NCBI GenBank assembly: GCA_963745975.1 | Contig: CAVUZJ010000018.1 | Span: 119,715 to 183,714 of the forward strand | DNA from: an uncultured Pseudomonadota bacterium | GTDB lineage: Bacteria > Pseudomonadota > Alphaproteobacteria > Acetobacterales > Acetobacteraceae | DNA: 64,000 bases | Reading direction: 5' to 3' | Shown here: piece after piece, positions 37,394-49,710 of the stretch | Layout: every line of letters begins with the position of its first letter | Numbering within the stretch: the first letter of the stretch is position 1 | Translations under genes and position numbers: made by a program | Notes under the pieces: model-generated | The model's input: only the letters and a program-made list of their open reading frames with translations | What the model was told of the DNA's origin: nothing | The model's database searches: none

Positions 37394-38281
37394 TCAGACT
37401 GCCTCGGCGCCGGAGATGATCTCGATCAGCTCTTTCGTGATGTTCGCTTGGCGCGTGCGGTTGTAGTTGAGCGTCAGGCGGTTGATCATGTCGCCCGCGT
37501 TGCGGGTGGCGCTGTCCATCGCCGTCATCCTCGCACCCTGCTCGCCGGCCGCGCTCTCGAGCAGCGAGCGGTAGATCTGGATCGCGAGGTTGCGGGGCAG
37601 CAGGCGGGCGAGGATCTCGTCCTCCTCCGGCTCGAACTCGTAGGCCGCGCGCAGGACAGTGCTTTCGGCCCCCTCCTCGCGCGCAGGGGCTGCGGCCGGG
37701 ATCAGCCGCGTCTCGGTGGTGATCTGCGAGATCACCGAGTGGAATTGGTTGTAGACGAGCGTGCAGACATCGAAGCCGCCCTCGCGCAGCATCGCGTCGA
37801 TCCGTTTCGCGATCTCCTCGGCGTCCGCGAAGCCGATCCGCTTCTTGGCCGCGAAGCTCACGTCGCCCATGATCCGGTAGGCGAATTCGCGGCGGAGGAA
37901 ATCGCGGCCCTTGCGCCCGACGGCGAAGATCTGGACCTTGCGCCCCTCGGCCTCGAGCTTGCGGGCAAGCGCGCGGACGGCGCGGCCGACATTGGTGTTG
38001 AAGGCGCCGCAGAGGCCGCGATCGGCGGTGACGGCGACGATGAGGTGCGTATCCTCCCGGCCGGTGCCGACGAGGAGCCGGGGGGCTGCCTTGTTGCCGG
38101 CGACCGAGGCGGCGAGCTCGGCCAGCATCCGCTCCATCCGCTCGGCATAGGGGCGGGCCGCCTCCGCCTGCACCTGCGCCCGGCGCAGCTTCGAGGCGGC
38201 GACCATCTTCATCGCGCTCGTGATCTTCTGCGTCGAGCGGACGCTGTTGATGCGGATGCGGAGCGCCTTCAGGCTGGGCAT
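37394..38281 (-). CDS. atpG: F1 ATP synthase subunit gamma
   Basis: [36 protein letters not shown] ... [15 protein letters not shown]. Confidence 0.97.
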   Translation of the reverse strand: MPSLKALRIRINSVRSTQKITSAMKMVAASKLRRAQVQAEAARPYAERMERMLAELAASVAGNKAAPRLLVGTGREDTHLIVAVTADRGLCGAFNTNVGRAVRALARKLEAEGRKVQIFAVGRKGRDFLRREFAYRIMGDVSFAAKKRIGFADAEEIAKRIDAMLREGGFDVCTLVYNQFHSVISQITTETRLIPAAAPAREEGAESTVLRAAYEFEPEEDEILARLLPRNLAIQIYRSLLESAAGEQGARMTAMDSATRNAGDMINRLTLNYNRTRQANITKELIEIISGAEAV

Positions 38282-38305
38282 GCGTGCGGATCCGGGCCGT
38301 CTCGC

Positions 38306-39837
<1,532 letters not shown>

Positions 39838-39838
<1 letters not shown>

Positions 39839-40407
39839 CAGGCGGCTCCCTTCATGGCGTGCTGCAGGCGCTGCAGCCGGGATTTGAGGCTCGAATCATA
39901 GAGGCGGGCGCCGATCCGGACCACCAGCCCGCCGAGCAGCGAGGGATCGACCGAACGGGCGATCTCGACATTGCCGTAGCCGGCCTCGATCAGGCGCGCG
40001 CGGAGCTGGTTCAACTGGATCTCGTCGAGCGGGTGGGCCGAGACGACCTGCGCGGTGACCACGCCGCGGCGGGCGGCGACGAGGGCGGCGAAGGCGGCGA
40101 CGATCGCGGGCAGGTTGCGGAGCCGGCGATTGGACGCGACGACGCCCACGAAATCATGCACGGTCTTGCCGAAGCCCTCGGCGGCGAGGACGGCGAGCGC
40201 GGCTTGGCGGCCGAGCGCGACGTCGATCACGGGGCTCGCGAGAAAGCGGCGGAAATCGGCGCTCGCCTCGATCAGGCGGCCGAGTGCCTGCATGTCCGCG
40301 ATGACGGAATCGAGGGCGTGATTCTCATCGGCCAGGGCGTAGAGGGCCGTTGCGTAACGGTCGGCCAAGCCGCCGCCGTGGGAGACTACGGTCGCGTCGG
40401 ACGGCAC
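39838..40407 (-). CDS. atpH: F1 ATP synthase subunit delta (OSCP)
   Basis: [12 protein letters not shown]...; position upstream of atpA; 1-nt stop/start overlap. Confidence 0.93.
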
Positions 40408-40512
40408 AGCATCGGATCCATCGTCAGGCCAGGAGCGCTCAACCGGCCCGGGGCCGGCGGCGCGCGTCTAGCATGCGCCTCCTCGGGCGCGCAATACGGC
40501 CGGCCGGCGGGC

Positions 40513-42495
40513 TCAAAGGAACGAGATCGGATCGATATCGACGCGGACTTCGACCTCGCTTGGGATTTTGACGCGGCCGAGCCAGGCGCGGATGAGCTTC
40601 TGGGGGGCGATATCGCGGGCGGTCTTGAGCAGGAGGCGCCTTCGGTGGCGGCCGCGCAGGAGCGAGAGCGGGGCAGGCGCGGGGCCGAGCACGGTGATGA
40701 AGGCAGCGGAGGGTGCGGCGCGGCCGAGGGCGGCGGCGACGGCATCGGCGGCCTCGACCGCGCGGGCGCTGACGATGAGGGCGGCGAGCCGGCCGAAGGG
40801 CGGCCAGTGGCCGGGGCGGCGGGCGGCGGCCTCGCTCTCCATGAAGGCGTCGAGGTCGCCCGAGACGAGGGCCTGCATGACCGGGTGCTCGGGGGCGAAG
40901 GTCTGGATCAGCACGCTTCCGGGCGCCTCGGCGCGGCCGGCGCGGCCGGCCACCTGGTGGAGGAGCTGGAAGGTCCGCTCGCCGGCGCGCAGATCGCCCC
41001 CGGTGAGGCCGAGATCGGCATCGACCACGCCGACGAGGGTGAGATGGGGGAAGTGCCAGCCCTTGGCGACGATCTGGGTGCCGATCACGAGATCGACCTC
41101 GCGGCCGATGATGGCGGCGGCGGCCGCGGCGGCGGCGTGCGGGCCGGTCAGCGTATCGCTCGCCATCACCAGAAGGCGCGCGTCGGGGAAAGCGCTCGCG
41201 GCCTCCTCCGTGACCCGCTCGACGCCGGGGCCGACCGGGGTGAGCGTTCCGGCCGCGCCGCAGGCGGGGCAGAGGGCGGGCGGGGCCAGCGTATGGCCGC
41301 AATGGTGGCATTGCAGGAGGTGGGCCCCTCGGGAGTTAGCGCGATGTTCGACCAGCCAGGCCGAGCAGTTCGGGCATTGCAGCCGGTGCCCGCAGGCACG
41401 GCAGAGCGTCAGCGGCGCATAGCCGCGGCGATTGAGGAAGAGCATCGCCTGCTCGCCGCGCGCGAATGTTTCGGTGAGCGCGTCGCGGAGCGGGGGCGAG
41501 AGGAACTGGCCGCGCTCGGGCGGGGTGCTGCGGAGATCGATTGCGGCGACTGCGGGCAGGCGGGCCCCGCCATGGCGCTCGGGCAGCCGGATGCGGTGGT
41601 AGCGGCCGCTCGCGGCGTTGACCAGGGTTTCGAGGCTCGGGGTGGCGGAGACGAGGACGCAGGGAGCGGCGGCGAGGCGGGCGCGGACCACTGCCATGTC
41701 GCGGGCGTGGTAGATGACGCCTTCCTCCTGCTTGAAGGCCGATTCGTGCTCTTCGTCGACGACGATCAGGCCGATCTCGGCAAAGGGGAGGAAGAGCGCC
41801 GAGCGGGCGCCGACGACGACGCGCGCCGCCCCCTCGGCCACCGCCTGCCAGGTGACGCGGCGCGTGCGCGGGGTGAGGTCCGAGTGCCAGAGGGCGGGGG
41901 CGAGCCCGAAGCGGCGCTCGAAGCGCTCGAGCCATTGGGCGGAAAGGGCGATTTCCGGCAGCAGGACCAGCGCCTGGCGGCCACTTCGGAGGGCGGCGGC
42001 GATCGCCTCCAGATAGACCTCCGTCTTGCCCGCGCCGGTGACGCCGTCGAGCAGGGTGACGCTGAAGCCGCCGGCCGCCGCCTCGACGAGCGAAGCGGCG
42101 GCCTCTGCTTGGGCGGGCGAGAGGACGGAGCCCGGATGGTCGGGATCGGGGAGCGGAAAGGCGGGGGCGGGCGCGCGGGAAGGAGGGCGGCGGTAGCCGC
42201 GCAGCGTCATCGCCAGCACCTCGCCGGGCGGGGCCAGGGTGTAGGCGGCGACCCAGTCGATGAAGAGCCGCATCTCGGGGCCGAGCGGCGGCAGATCGAC
42301 GATCTCGAGCAGGGGGCGGAGCCGCTCCTCGGCGACCCTGCCGGCCAGCGGGCCTTCCCAGACCGCGCCCAGGACCTCGCGCGAGCCGAGCGGGACCCGC
42401 ACGAGGTCGCCGGGCTTGGGATCCACCCCTACCGGCGCCGCGTACTCGAAGGGCCCGGCGAACGGGTAGGGCAGCAGGACCGGCACCCTTCGCAT
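40513..42495 (-). CDS. priA: Primosomal protein N' (replication restart helicase PriA)
   Basis: Start [12 protein letters not shown] at 42495. [14 protein letters not shown] (Walker A), VVDEEH (DEAH-like), Cys-rich zinc region [17 protein letters not shown]...CHHCGH...CPACG. The upstream 274 aa of ORF 40513..43317 are Ala/Pro/Arg junk. Confidence 0.93.
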   Translation of the reverse strand: MRRVPVLLPYPFAGPFEYAAPVGVDPKPGDLVRVPLGSREVLGAVWEGPLAGRVAEERLRPLLEIVDLPPLGPEMRLFIDWVAAYTLAPPGEVLAMTLRGYRRPPSRAPAPAFPLPDPDHPGSVLSPAQAEAAASLVEAAAGGFSVTLLDGVTGAGKTEVYLEAIAAALRSGRQALVLLPEIALSAQWLERFERRFGLAPALWHSDLTPRTRRVTWQAVAEGAARVVVGARSALFLPFAEIGLIVVDEEHESAFKQEEGVIYHARDMAVVRARLAAAPCVLVSATPSLETLVNAASGRYHRIRLPERHGGARLPAVAAIDLRSTPPERGQFLSPPLRDALTETFARGEQAMLFLNRRGYAPLTLCRACGHRLQCPNCSAWLVEHRANSRGAHLLQCHHCGHTLAPPALCPACGAAGTLTPVGPGVERVTEEAASAFPDARLLVMASDTLTGPHAAAAAAAAIIGREVDLVIGTQIVAKGWHFPHLTLVGVVDADLGLTGGDLRAGERTFQLLHQVAGRAGRAEAPGSVLIQTFAPEHPVMQALVSGDLDAFMESEAAARRPGHWPPFGRLAALIVSARAVEAADAVAAALGRAAPSAAFITVLGPAPAPLSLLRGRHRRRLLLKTARDIAPQKLIRAWLGRVKIPSEVEVRVDIDPISFL

Positions 42496-42587
42496 GCGCT
42501 TCCGCTCGCCTCCGGCCGTCTGTATGGTCCCGGTCGGGACGGAAGCCGAGAGGCGCACATGACCCCAGGGGCCAGCAAGGCGTTCGG

Positions 42588-43250
42588 ATGAGCGCCCCCC
42601 GCCGCAAGATCGACCTGCCGTCCGCGCCATCGGTGGCGGCGTTCCTCCGCGCCCACCCCTCCTGGCTCGCCGAGAACCCCGACCTCTACCGCATGCTCGC
42701 CCCGCCGGTGCGCGTGCACGGCGAGCCGCTCGCGGACCATATGGAGGCGATGCTCGGGGTGGCGCGCGCGCAGGCGAGCACTCTGCTCGCGGTGGGGCGG
42801 GCGGCGCAGATCCTGGCGGGGCGGGTGGAGCAGGCGGTGGTGGCGCTGGTGCGGGCGGCGGACCCGGTCGGCGCGCTCGGCCTCGAGCTGCCGGCGCTGC
42901 TCGGCGTCGATGCGGTGAACCTCTGCGTCGAGGCGGAGATCGCCGGCGCGCGGGCGATCCCGCCGGGCACGATCGCCCGGCTGCTCGGACGCGAGGACAT
43001 GTGGCTTTCGGGAACCCCCGGGGACACGCGGGCGGCGGGCCGGCGGACGAGCGAGGCCGAGGCGGCGCTCTTCCACGGCGAAGCGGCGGCGCTGGCGAAG
43101 CACGAGGCGCTGGTGGTGGTGCCGGGCACCGCGGTGCCGGCCGTGCTGGCGCTGGCCTCGCGGGACCCGCTGGCGAGCCCGGCGAGTGCCGCGCGGGGGC
43201 CGCTGATGCTGCTTGCGCGCGCGACGGCGGCGGCGCTGGAGCGGGCGTGA
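42588..43250 (+). CDS. DUF484 family protein
   Basis: [17 protein letters not shown]...; the position immediately upstream of xerC is the conserved DUF484-xerC arrangement. Confidence 0.8.
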   Translation: MSAPRRKIDLPSAPSVAAFLRAHPSWLAENPDLYRMLAPPVRVHGEPLADHMEAMLGVARAQASTLLAVGRAAQILAGRVEQAVVALVRAADPVGALGLELPALLGVDAVNLCVEAEIAGARAIPPGTIARLLGREDMWLSGTPGDTRAAGRRTSEAEAALFHGEAAALAKHEALVVVPGTAVPAVLALASRDPLASPASAARGPLMLLARATAAALERA

Positions 43251-44170
43251 GCGGGGAAGAGGCTCGGGCGAAGTTCCTCGAGTGGCTCGGGGGCGAGCGG
43301 CGGGCGGCGCGGCTCACGGTTGCGGCCTATGGCGCCGACCTCGCGGAGTTCTTGGGGTTCCTGACGCGCCATCTCGGGGGTGAGCCGGCGCTTGCCGATC
43401 TCGGGAATCTTAGGGTCGCCGATTTCCGCGCCTGGCTCGCAACGCTTGCCGAGGCCGGGAACGGCGAGGCGAGCCGGGCGCGGCACCTCGCCGCCGTCCG
43501 CAGCTTCTTCCGCTACCTCGCGCGGCGGCAGGGCGTCGAGAACCCGGCGCTGGGCTTGCTGCGCACGCCGCGGGCGCGGCGGCGACTGCCGCGGGCGCTT
43601 TCGGTTGCGGGCGCGCGGGGCATCGTCGCCGGGATCGGCGAGGAGGCACGGCGGGCGGCGGACGCGGCGCGCGATACCGCGCTGATGGCGCTTCTCTATG
43701 GGAGCGGGCTTCGTATCGGCGAGGCGCTCGCGCTCTCCGTCGGCGACGCGCCGCTGCCGGGACGCGACGAGACGCTCCGCGTGCACGGCAAGGGCGGCAA
43801 GGAGCGGCTGGTGCCGGTGCTGCCCGCGGTGCGGCGGGCGATCGGCGAATGGCTCGCCCGGCACCCGGAGCGGCGGCCGGATGCGGCGCTCTTCATGGGC
43901 GCGCGGGGGAAGCGGCTCGCCGCCGGCGTCGCGCAGCGCACGCTCCGGAATTTCCGGAGGTTGCACGGGCTGCCCGAGCACGCCACACCGCACGCGCTCC
44001 GGCACTCGTTCGCGACCCACCTGCTGGCGGAGGGCGCCGATCTGCGCTCGATCCAGGAGCTGCTCGGCCATGCCAGCCTCTCGACCACGCAGCTCTACAC
44101 GGCGGTGGACGAGGCAAAGCTCATGGCCGTGTGGCAGGCGGCGCATCCGCGGGCGGTGGCCGGCGGCTGA
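43247..44170 (+). CDS. xerC: Tyrosine recombinase XerC
   Basis: GTG 43247 (GTGA overlap). [48 protein letters not shown] (R-H-R-Y catalytic set). Confidence 0.9.
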   Translation: MSGEEARAKFLEWLGGERRAARLTVAAYGADLAEFLGFLTRHLGGEPALADLGNLRVADFRAWLATLAEAGNGEASRARHLAAVRSFFRYLARRQGVENPALGLLRTPRARRRLPRALSVAGARGIVAGIGEEARRAADAARDTALMALLYGSGLRIGEALALSVGDAPLPGRDETLRVHGKGGKERLVPVLPAVRRAIGEWLARHPERRPDAALFMGARGKRLAAGVAQRTLRNFRRLHGLPEHATPHALRHSFATHLLAEGADLRSIQELLGHASLSTTQLYTAVDEAKLMAVWQAAHPRAVAGG

Positions 44171-45099
44171 TGAAAGGGGCGCCTCACGATCACCGGCATG
44201 ACCATGGGCACGCGCATTCTTGCGCGCCCGCGTTCGGCCGGGCCTTCCCGATCGGCGTTGCGCTGAATGCCGGGTTCGTCGTCTTCGAGGTGTTCGGCGG
44301 GGTGCTCGCGCATTCGACCGCGCTCCTGGCGGACGCGGGGCACAATCTCGGCGACGTCCTCGGGCTGCTCGGCGCCTGGGTGGCCGCCACGCTGGCGCGG
44401 CGGCTGCCCTCGGCGCACTTCACCTACGGGCTGCGCAGCGGAACCATCCTCGCAAGCCTCGCAAATGCGGCGATCCTGCTGGTGAGCATCGGCGCGATCC
44501 TGGTCGAGGCGCTGCGCCGGCTTCTGCTCCCCGTCCCGGTGGCGGCGGGAACGGTGATCGTGGTGGCGCTGATCGGGATCGCCGTGAACGGGGCGACGGC
44601 GCTGATGTTCGCCGCCGGGCGCAAGGGCGAGATCAATGTGCGCGGCGTCTTTCAGCACATGGCGGCGGATACGGCGATCTCGGGCGGCGTGGTGCTGGCG
44701 GCGCTCGCAGTTCTGGCGAGCGGCTGGAACCGGATCGACCCGGCCGCCAGCATCCTCGTTGCACTGGCGATCGGCTGGGGGACCTGGCGGCTCTTTCGGG
44801 AATCGCTCGGGATGATGCTGGACGCCGTGCCGGCCGGCATCGAGCCCGCGGAGGTGCGGGCCTATCTGCTCCAGCTTCCCGGCGTGGTCGCGATCCACGA
44901 TCTGCATATCTGGCCGATGAGCACGACCGAGACGGCGCTCACGTGCCATCTCGTGGTTCCCGGCGAGCCGCCCGGGCCTGACTTCCTCGCCGAGGCCGCG
45001 CATACGCTCGCGGGGCGCTTCGGGATCGGCCATCCGACGCTGCAGGTCGAGCGGCACGCGGATGTGACCTGCCTGCTCGAGCCGGAAAACGTGGTGTAG
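44170..45099 (+). CDS. Cation diffusion facilitator (CzcD-like) metal efflux protein
   Basis: His-rich N-terminus HDHRHDHGHAHS, ALLADAGHNLGDV, VFQHMAADT, C-terminal VVAIHDLHIW. Confidence 0.9.
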   Translation: MKGAPHDHRHDHGHAHSCAPAFGRAFPIGVALNAGFVVFEVFGGVLAHSTALLADAGHNLGDVLGLLGAWVAATLARRLPSAHFTYGLRSGTILASLANAAILLVSIGAILVEALRRLLLPVPVAAGTVIVVALIGIAVNGATALMFAAGRKGEINVRGVFQHMAADTAISGGVVLAALAVLASGWNRIDPAASILVALAIGWGTWRLFRESLGMMLDAVPAGIEPAEVRAYLLQLPGVVAIHDLHIWPMSTTETALTCHLVVPGEPPGPDFLAEAAHTLAGRFGIGHPTLQVERHADVTCLLEPENVV

Positions 45100-45151
45100 G
45101 AATTGTGGGAAGGCGGCGTCGTCCCCGCCGCCGCAGGGAAGGACCAGCACC

Positions 45152-46345
45152 ATGCCCATCCTGTCCGGGCGCATGAGCCAGCTCGGCACCGAGTCCGCCT
45201 TCGAAGTCCTGGCGCGCGCGACCGCGCTGCAGCGCGAAGGACGGAGCATCATCAATCTCGGGATCGGCCAGCCCGACTTCGCGACCCCCGGCCATATCGT
45301 CGAGGCCGGGCGGAAGGCCCTTGCCGACGGGCATCACGGCTACACGCCGGCCAACGGGATCCTGCCGCTGCGCGAGGCGGTGACGGCCGATCTCCATCGC
45401 CGCCATGGCGTGACGGTCTCGCCCGATCGCGTGCTGGTCGTGCCCGGGGGCAAGGTGACGATGTTCTTCGCCATCCTCATGCTCGGCGAGCCGGGCGTGG
45501 AGATCATCTATCCCAATCCCGGGTTCCCGATCTACGAGAGCGTGATCCGCTTCTCCGGCGCGACGCCGGTCGCGATGCTCCTGCACGAGAGCAAGGGATT
45601 CTCGTTCGACGCCGAGGAGGTGCTCTCGCTGATCACGCCGCGGACGCGGCTCATCATCGTCAACAGCCCGGGCAACCCGACCGGCGGCGTGGTGCCGAAG
45701 AGCGAGCTCGATCGCCTGGTCGAGGGTCTCGCCCGGCATCCCGACGTCGCGGTCATGTCGGACGAGATCTACGGCGAGATGATCTACGACGGCACGCATG
45801 CGAGCCTCACGACCTATCCAGAGCTGGAGGACCGGCTGATCCTGCTCGACGGCTGGAGCAAGACCTATGCGATGACCGGCTGGCGGCTGGGCTACGGCGT
45901 ATGGCCGAAAGCCCTGCTCCCCTATGCCGAGCGGCTCGCGATCAATTCCCACTCCTGCGTCAACGCCGCGGCGCAATATGCCGGCATCGCCGCGATGACC
46001 GGCCCGCGCGAGCCGGTCGCGCGGATGATGGCCGCCTTCGCCGAGCGGCGCGATTACATCATCCCCGCACTCAACGCGCTGCCGGGATTTGCCTGTGCAA
46101 ATCCCGGAGGCGCCTTCTACGCCTTCCCCAACATCGGCGAGACCGGGCTCGGCTCGCGGACGCTGCAGTCGCGGCTTCTGGACGAGGCCGGCGTGGCGAC
46201 CGTCTCGGGCACCAGCTTCGGCGCGTTCGGCGACGGTTATCTCCGCTTCTCCTACGCCGCGGGCCTGGAGGCGCTGAAGGAGGCCGTGGACCGCATCGAG
46301 GCGTGGCTCGGGAGCCAGGCGGCAGGGACGCGGCTTCGCGCCTGA
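45152..46345 (+). CDS. Class I/II PLP-dependent aminotransferase (aspartate aminotransferase-like)
   Basis: INLGIGQPDF, YTPANG, NSPGNPTG, DEIY, SKTYAMTGWRLGY (PLP lysine), LRFSY. Confidence 0.9.
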   Translation: MPILSGRMSQLGTESAFEVLARATALQREGRSIINLGIGQPDFATPGHIVEAGRKALADGHHGYTPANGILPLREAVTADLHRRHGVTVSPDRVLVVPGGKVTMFFAILMLGEPGVEIIYPNPGFPIYESVIRFSGATPVAMLLHESKGFSFDAEEVLSLITPRTRLIIVNSPGNPTGGVVPKSELDRLVEGLARHPDVAVMSDEIYGEMIYDGTHASLTTYPELEDRLILLDGWSKTYAMTGWRLGYGVWPKALLPYAERLAINSHSCVNAAAQYAGIAAMTGPREPVARMMAAFAERRDYIIPALNALPGFACANPGGAFYAFPNIGETGLGSRTLQSRLLDEAGVATVSGTSFGAFGDGYLRFSYAAGLEALKEAVDRIEAWLGSQAAGTRLRA

Positions 46346-46624
46346 GGCGCCCGTTCATCGAGAGCGCAATGACCCGGAGTCATTATGCTGTAGCTTGTTG
46401 TTTTGTCGCGTGATCGAACGCTTCCGGCGGCGGGGCACCCCAATTCCCTCTTCAGCGATCATGCTCCAACGTGAGGCGGGGACGAGGGGATTCTTGGCCC
46501 GAGCCCGGGCGTGCGGTTCTGCAACCGTTGCGAATTCGTCTCTGGCATCGAATCGGGTTTGCCGCTCATTTTGCGCGGCCGGGACGGCAGGGCGCCGGAA
46601 CGCACGGCGGGAAGGGCGGGGACA

Positions 46625-47242
46625 ATGAGCGGCAACGACGCGCCAGGGCCGAACGCAGGCGGGCAGGCAGCGCTGCAACGCCACGCATTCTATCGGTTTC
46701 ATCTTCCGTACGCGCATCTGTCGTCGGTGTTCGGTGATGACTGGTTCGCGCTGAAGGCGGAGGCATTCGCGCGCTTCTTCGGCACGCCGGTGTTCCTGAT
46801 CGGCCAGACGGTGATCGTCGCGATTTGGATCCTGGTCAACATCGTGGGAGTGTGGATTTTCGACAAATATCCCTTCATTCTGTTGAATCTCGCCTTCAGC
46901 CTCCAGGCGGCCTATGCCGCGCCGTTGATCCTGCTGGCGCAGACGCGGCAGGCCGATCGCGACAAGTGCACGGCGATCGCCGACGCGCAGCATCGCGAGG
47001 ATCTGCACAACATCAGCGAGGAGCGCCAGCGCGTCGCCGCCGAGCAGACGGCGCTCCTGGTGCGCATGCTGGAGCAGAACACGCGGCTGACGGAGACGGC
47101 CAAGGAGATGGCCGAGCGCATCGAGGGCCTCACCGTCGAGCTGCATAATCACATTCTCGAGTTCAAAGCGGGGGACGCCGTGAGGGCGAAGCGCCCCGGG
47201 CAGGGAGATCAGAAGTCGAAGCGGAATTGCCGCGGATCGTGA
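46625..47242 (+). CDS. DUF1003 domain membrane protein
   Basis: Start MSGNDAP at 46625. FGTPVFLIGQTVIVAIWILVNI...FDKYPFILLNLAFSLQAAYAAPLILLAQTRQADRD. Confidence 0.75.
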   Translation: MSGNDAPGPNAGGQAALQRHAFYRFHLPYAHLSSVFGDDWFALKAEAFARFFGTPVFLIGQTVIVAIWILVNIVGVWIFDKYPFILLNLAFSLQAAYAAPLILLAQTRQADRDKCTAIADAQHREDLHNISEERQRVAAEQTALLVRMLEQNTRLTETAKEMAERIEGLTVELHNHILEFKAGDAVRAKRPGQGDQKSKRNCRGS

Positions 47243-47430
47243 ATGGTGCGGCCGCGGCCACGGCCCGCAGGATCCGTGTCGGTGGGCGGCTCGGGCTCGC
47301 CGTTGCGCCGGAGTGCCTCCCGCCAGCGCGCGCGCCGCTCGGCGTAGGTTGCCTGGCGCCGCCGCATCTCCTCGAGCCAGGCGGTCGTGACGGGCACCCG
47401 CAAGGGGAGGGTGAGCTCGGGTTCGTCCAT
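47209..47430 (-). CDS. Small hypothetical protein (73 aa)
   Basis: ATG 47430 is preceded by AAGGA/GGGGG. It lies downstream of the SDR gene on the same strand. No family recognised, and it overlaps the DUF1003 3' end by 34 nt. Weak call. Confidence 0.3.
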   Translation of the reverse strand: MDEPELTLPLRVPVTTAWLEEMRRRQATYAERRARWREALRRNGEPEPPTDTDPAGRGRGRTIHDPRQFRFDF

Positions 47431-47501
47431 GCCCCCTAGTCCTTGCCGCCCACCCATGTGGGGCCGGCTGAGGATTGTTCCAGGCGCTTTGGGTTTGATC
47501 G

Positions 47502-48278
47502 CTACAAGACCGAGGTGGCGCCGCCGTCGATCGCCAGGACCTGGCCGGTGATGTGGCCGCCGGCGTCGGAGGCGAAGAGCAGCGCTGCCCCCTTGAGATC
47601 GTGCGGGCCGCCGAGCTTGCCGAGCGGGGTGCGGGCGAGGAGGTCGGCGCCGAAACGCTCGAGCGTGCCGCGCGTCATCTTCGAGGGGAAGAAGCCGGGC
47701 GCGATCGCGTTGACGGTGATGCCGCGCGGCCCCCATTCCGCGGCAAGCGAACGGGTGAAGCTGATCATGCCGCCCTTGCTCGTGGCATAGGCGATGGTGC
47801 CCGGCATGCCGGGCGGGCGCCCGCGGAAGCCCTCGATCGAAGCGATGTTGAGGATGCGGCCGGCGCCGGCGGGCAGCATCGCCGCGCGCCCGACCGCCTG
47901 GGTCAGCAGGAAGGTCCCGGTGAGGTTGAGGTCGATGACCTTGCGCCAGGCATCGAGGGGATGGGATTCGGCCGGCGCGCCCCAGGCGGCGCCGGCATTG
48001 TTGACGAGGATGTCGATGCGGCCCGCGAGGGTGAGCGCCCGGGCGGCGATGGTCTCGGCGGCGGCGGGGTCGGCGAGGTCGGCGGCGATCGGGACGGCGC
48101 TTATGTTCTGGCCCGCGAGATGCGCGACCGCGGCGGCGAGCTCCTCCTCCCGGCGCGCAACGAGGGCGAGGGTCGCTCCGAACTCGCCGAGGGCCTCGGC
48201 TATCTGCAGGCCGAGGCCGCGCGATCCGCCCGAGATCAGCGCGACGCGGCCGGAGAGGTCGAGGAGCGCGCGCAGCAT
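47502..48278 (-). CDS. SDR family oxidoreductase
   Basis: Start MLRALLDLSGRVALISGGSRGLG at 48278. NNAG and YATSKGG (YxxxK) motifs. Confidence 0.9.
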   Translation of the reverse strand: MLRALLDLSGRVALISGGSRGLGLQIAEALGEFGATLALVARREEELAAAVAHLAGQNISAVPIAADLADPAAAETIAARALTLAGRIDILVNNAGAAWGAPAESHPLDAWRKVIDLNLTGTFLLTQAVGRAAMLPAGAGRILNIASIEGFRGRPPGMPGTIAYATSKGGMISFTRSLAAEWGPRGITVNAIAPGFFPSKMTRGTLERFGADLLARTPLGKLGGPHDLKGAALLFASDAGGHITGQVLAIDGGATSVL

Positions 48279-48461
48279 CGGGCGATGATGGCACCGGGCG
48301 GCCCGGGCGCGAAGGCGAGCGGGCGGAATTCGCTTTCGTGTTAACCGTGTAACGCATTTGTTTTGGCAGCATTGCGCCGTGGGCTCTCCTCCGGCGGCGC
48401 GAGTCCCGCCATGATTGGCGCGAGTCGGCAGGGCAGCCTCCGGCAATTCGTTGGGGGAAGC

Positions 48462-49697
48462 ATGCTCTACCACGCATACGAGATGCAGCGGCTTGCGCTG
48501 CTGCCCGCCCGGGTCTTTGCCGGCGGCGCCCGTTCCCTTCTCGAGATGGCGCCGACGATGCTGAGCGGGATGCCGGCGAGCCGGCTCGCGGCGGCGGCCT
48601 TGGCGAGCTTCGAGCATCCGCTCCGACGGTTCGACCGCCCGGAATTCGGCCTCGAAAGCACGATCATCGGCGGCGAGCGGATCGCGGTCGAGGAGGAAAT
48701 CGTCTGGCAGGGGACCTGGTGCACGTTGAGGCACTTCCGCCGCGCGGCGGAGCGGCCGGACGACGCGAAGATGCTGTTCGTTGCGCCGCTCTCGGGCCAC
48801 CACGCGACTCTGCTGCGCGAGACGGTGGCGGCGTTCCTGCCCGACCACGAGGTTTTCGTCACGGAATGGACCAATGCGCGCGACGTGCCGGTGACGGAGA
48901 CGGGATTCGGCCTCGACGATTATGTGAGCCACGTGATGGCGGCCCTCAGGCTGCTCGGGCCGGAGACGCACGTGCTCGCGGTCTGCCAGCCGGCCGTGCC
49001 GGTGCTCGCCGCCGTGGCGCTGATGAGCGAGGACGGCGACCCACCGCCCAGCATGACGCTGATCGGCGGGCCGATCGACACGCGCCAGGGGCCGACCGCG
49101 GTGACGCGGTTTGCCGAGACACGGCCGCTCGAGTGGTTTCGGCACAACCTGATCCACCCTGTGCCGTTCGGCCACCAGGGCTTCATGCGCCAAGTCTATC
49201 CCGGATTCCTGCAGCTCTCCGGCTTCATGGCGATGAACCCCGGGCGCCATTTCGATGCGCACTGGCAGATGTTCGTGCACCGGCTTGCCGAGGAGCACGA
49301 GCCGCTGGCGGCGAAGCAGCGCTTCTACGAAGAATATTTCGCGGTGATGGATTTGCCGGCGGAGTTCTACCTCGAGACCATCTCCGCTGTGTTCCAAAAG
49401 CACCTGCTGCCGCGCGGGAAGCTCGACTGGCGGGAGAGGCGCGTCGATCCCGGGGCGATCGAGCGGACCGCGCTCTTCACCATCGAGGGCGAGCGCGACG
49501 ACATTTCGGGCCTCGGCCAGACGCGCGCGGCCCACGCTCTCTGCCGGCGGCTCAGCGATGAGATGCGGCTGCACCGCGAGCAGCCCGGGGCGGGGCATTT
49601 TGGCCTCTTCAGCGGACGGCGCTTCCGCGAACAGGTCGCACCGGCGATCAAGCGCTTCATCCGCGCGCGGGAGCGGCGGACGGGCGCGGTCGCGTAG
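48462..49697 (+). CDS. phaZ: Intracellular polyhydroxyalkanoate depolymerase
   Basis: Start MLYHAYEMQRLALLPARVFAG at 48462. LFVAPLSGHHATLLRETV, AVCQPAVPVLAA, FTIEGERDDISGLGQT. Confidence 0.88.
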   Translation: MLYHAYEMQRLALLPARVFAGGARSLLEMAPTMLSGMPASRLAAAALASFEHPLRRFDRPEFGLESTIIGGERIAVEEEIVWQGTWCTLRHFRRAAERPDDAKMLFVAPLSGHHATLLRETVAAFLPDHEVFVTEWTNARDVPVTETGFGLDDYVSHVMAALRLLGPETHVLAVCQPAVPVLAAVALMSEDGDPPPSMTLIGGPIDTRQGPTAVTRFAETRPLEWFRHNLIHPVPFGHQGFMRQVYPGFLQLSGFMAMNPGRHFDAHWQMFVHRLAEEHEPLAAKQRFYEEYFAVMDLPAEFYLETISAVFQKHLLPRGKLDWRERRVDPGAIERTALFTIEGERDDISGLGQTRAAHALCRRLSDEMRLHREQPGAGHFGLFSGRRFREQVAPAIKRFIRARERRTGAVA

Positions 49698-49710
49698 CCC
49701 GAGGTGCGCT

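Noticed and set aside
41095-41135. GCG/GCC-rich trinucleotide run
   Set aside because: It is in frame within priA and simply encodes a poly-Ala stretch ([11 protein letters not shown]). It is not a CRISPR-like or non-coding repeat.
39859-42591. 910-aa plus-strand ORF
   Set aside because: It is antisense to atpH and priA, has low-complexity Gly/Ala/Arg/Glu composition and no domain signature.
42496-43317. 274-aa N-terminal extension of the priA ORF (40513..43317)
   Set aside because: The extension is Ala/Pro/Arg low-complexity sequence and overlaps the genuine plus-strand DUF484 gene. PriA homology begins at [12 protein letters not shown] (42495).
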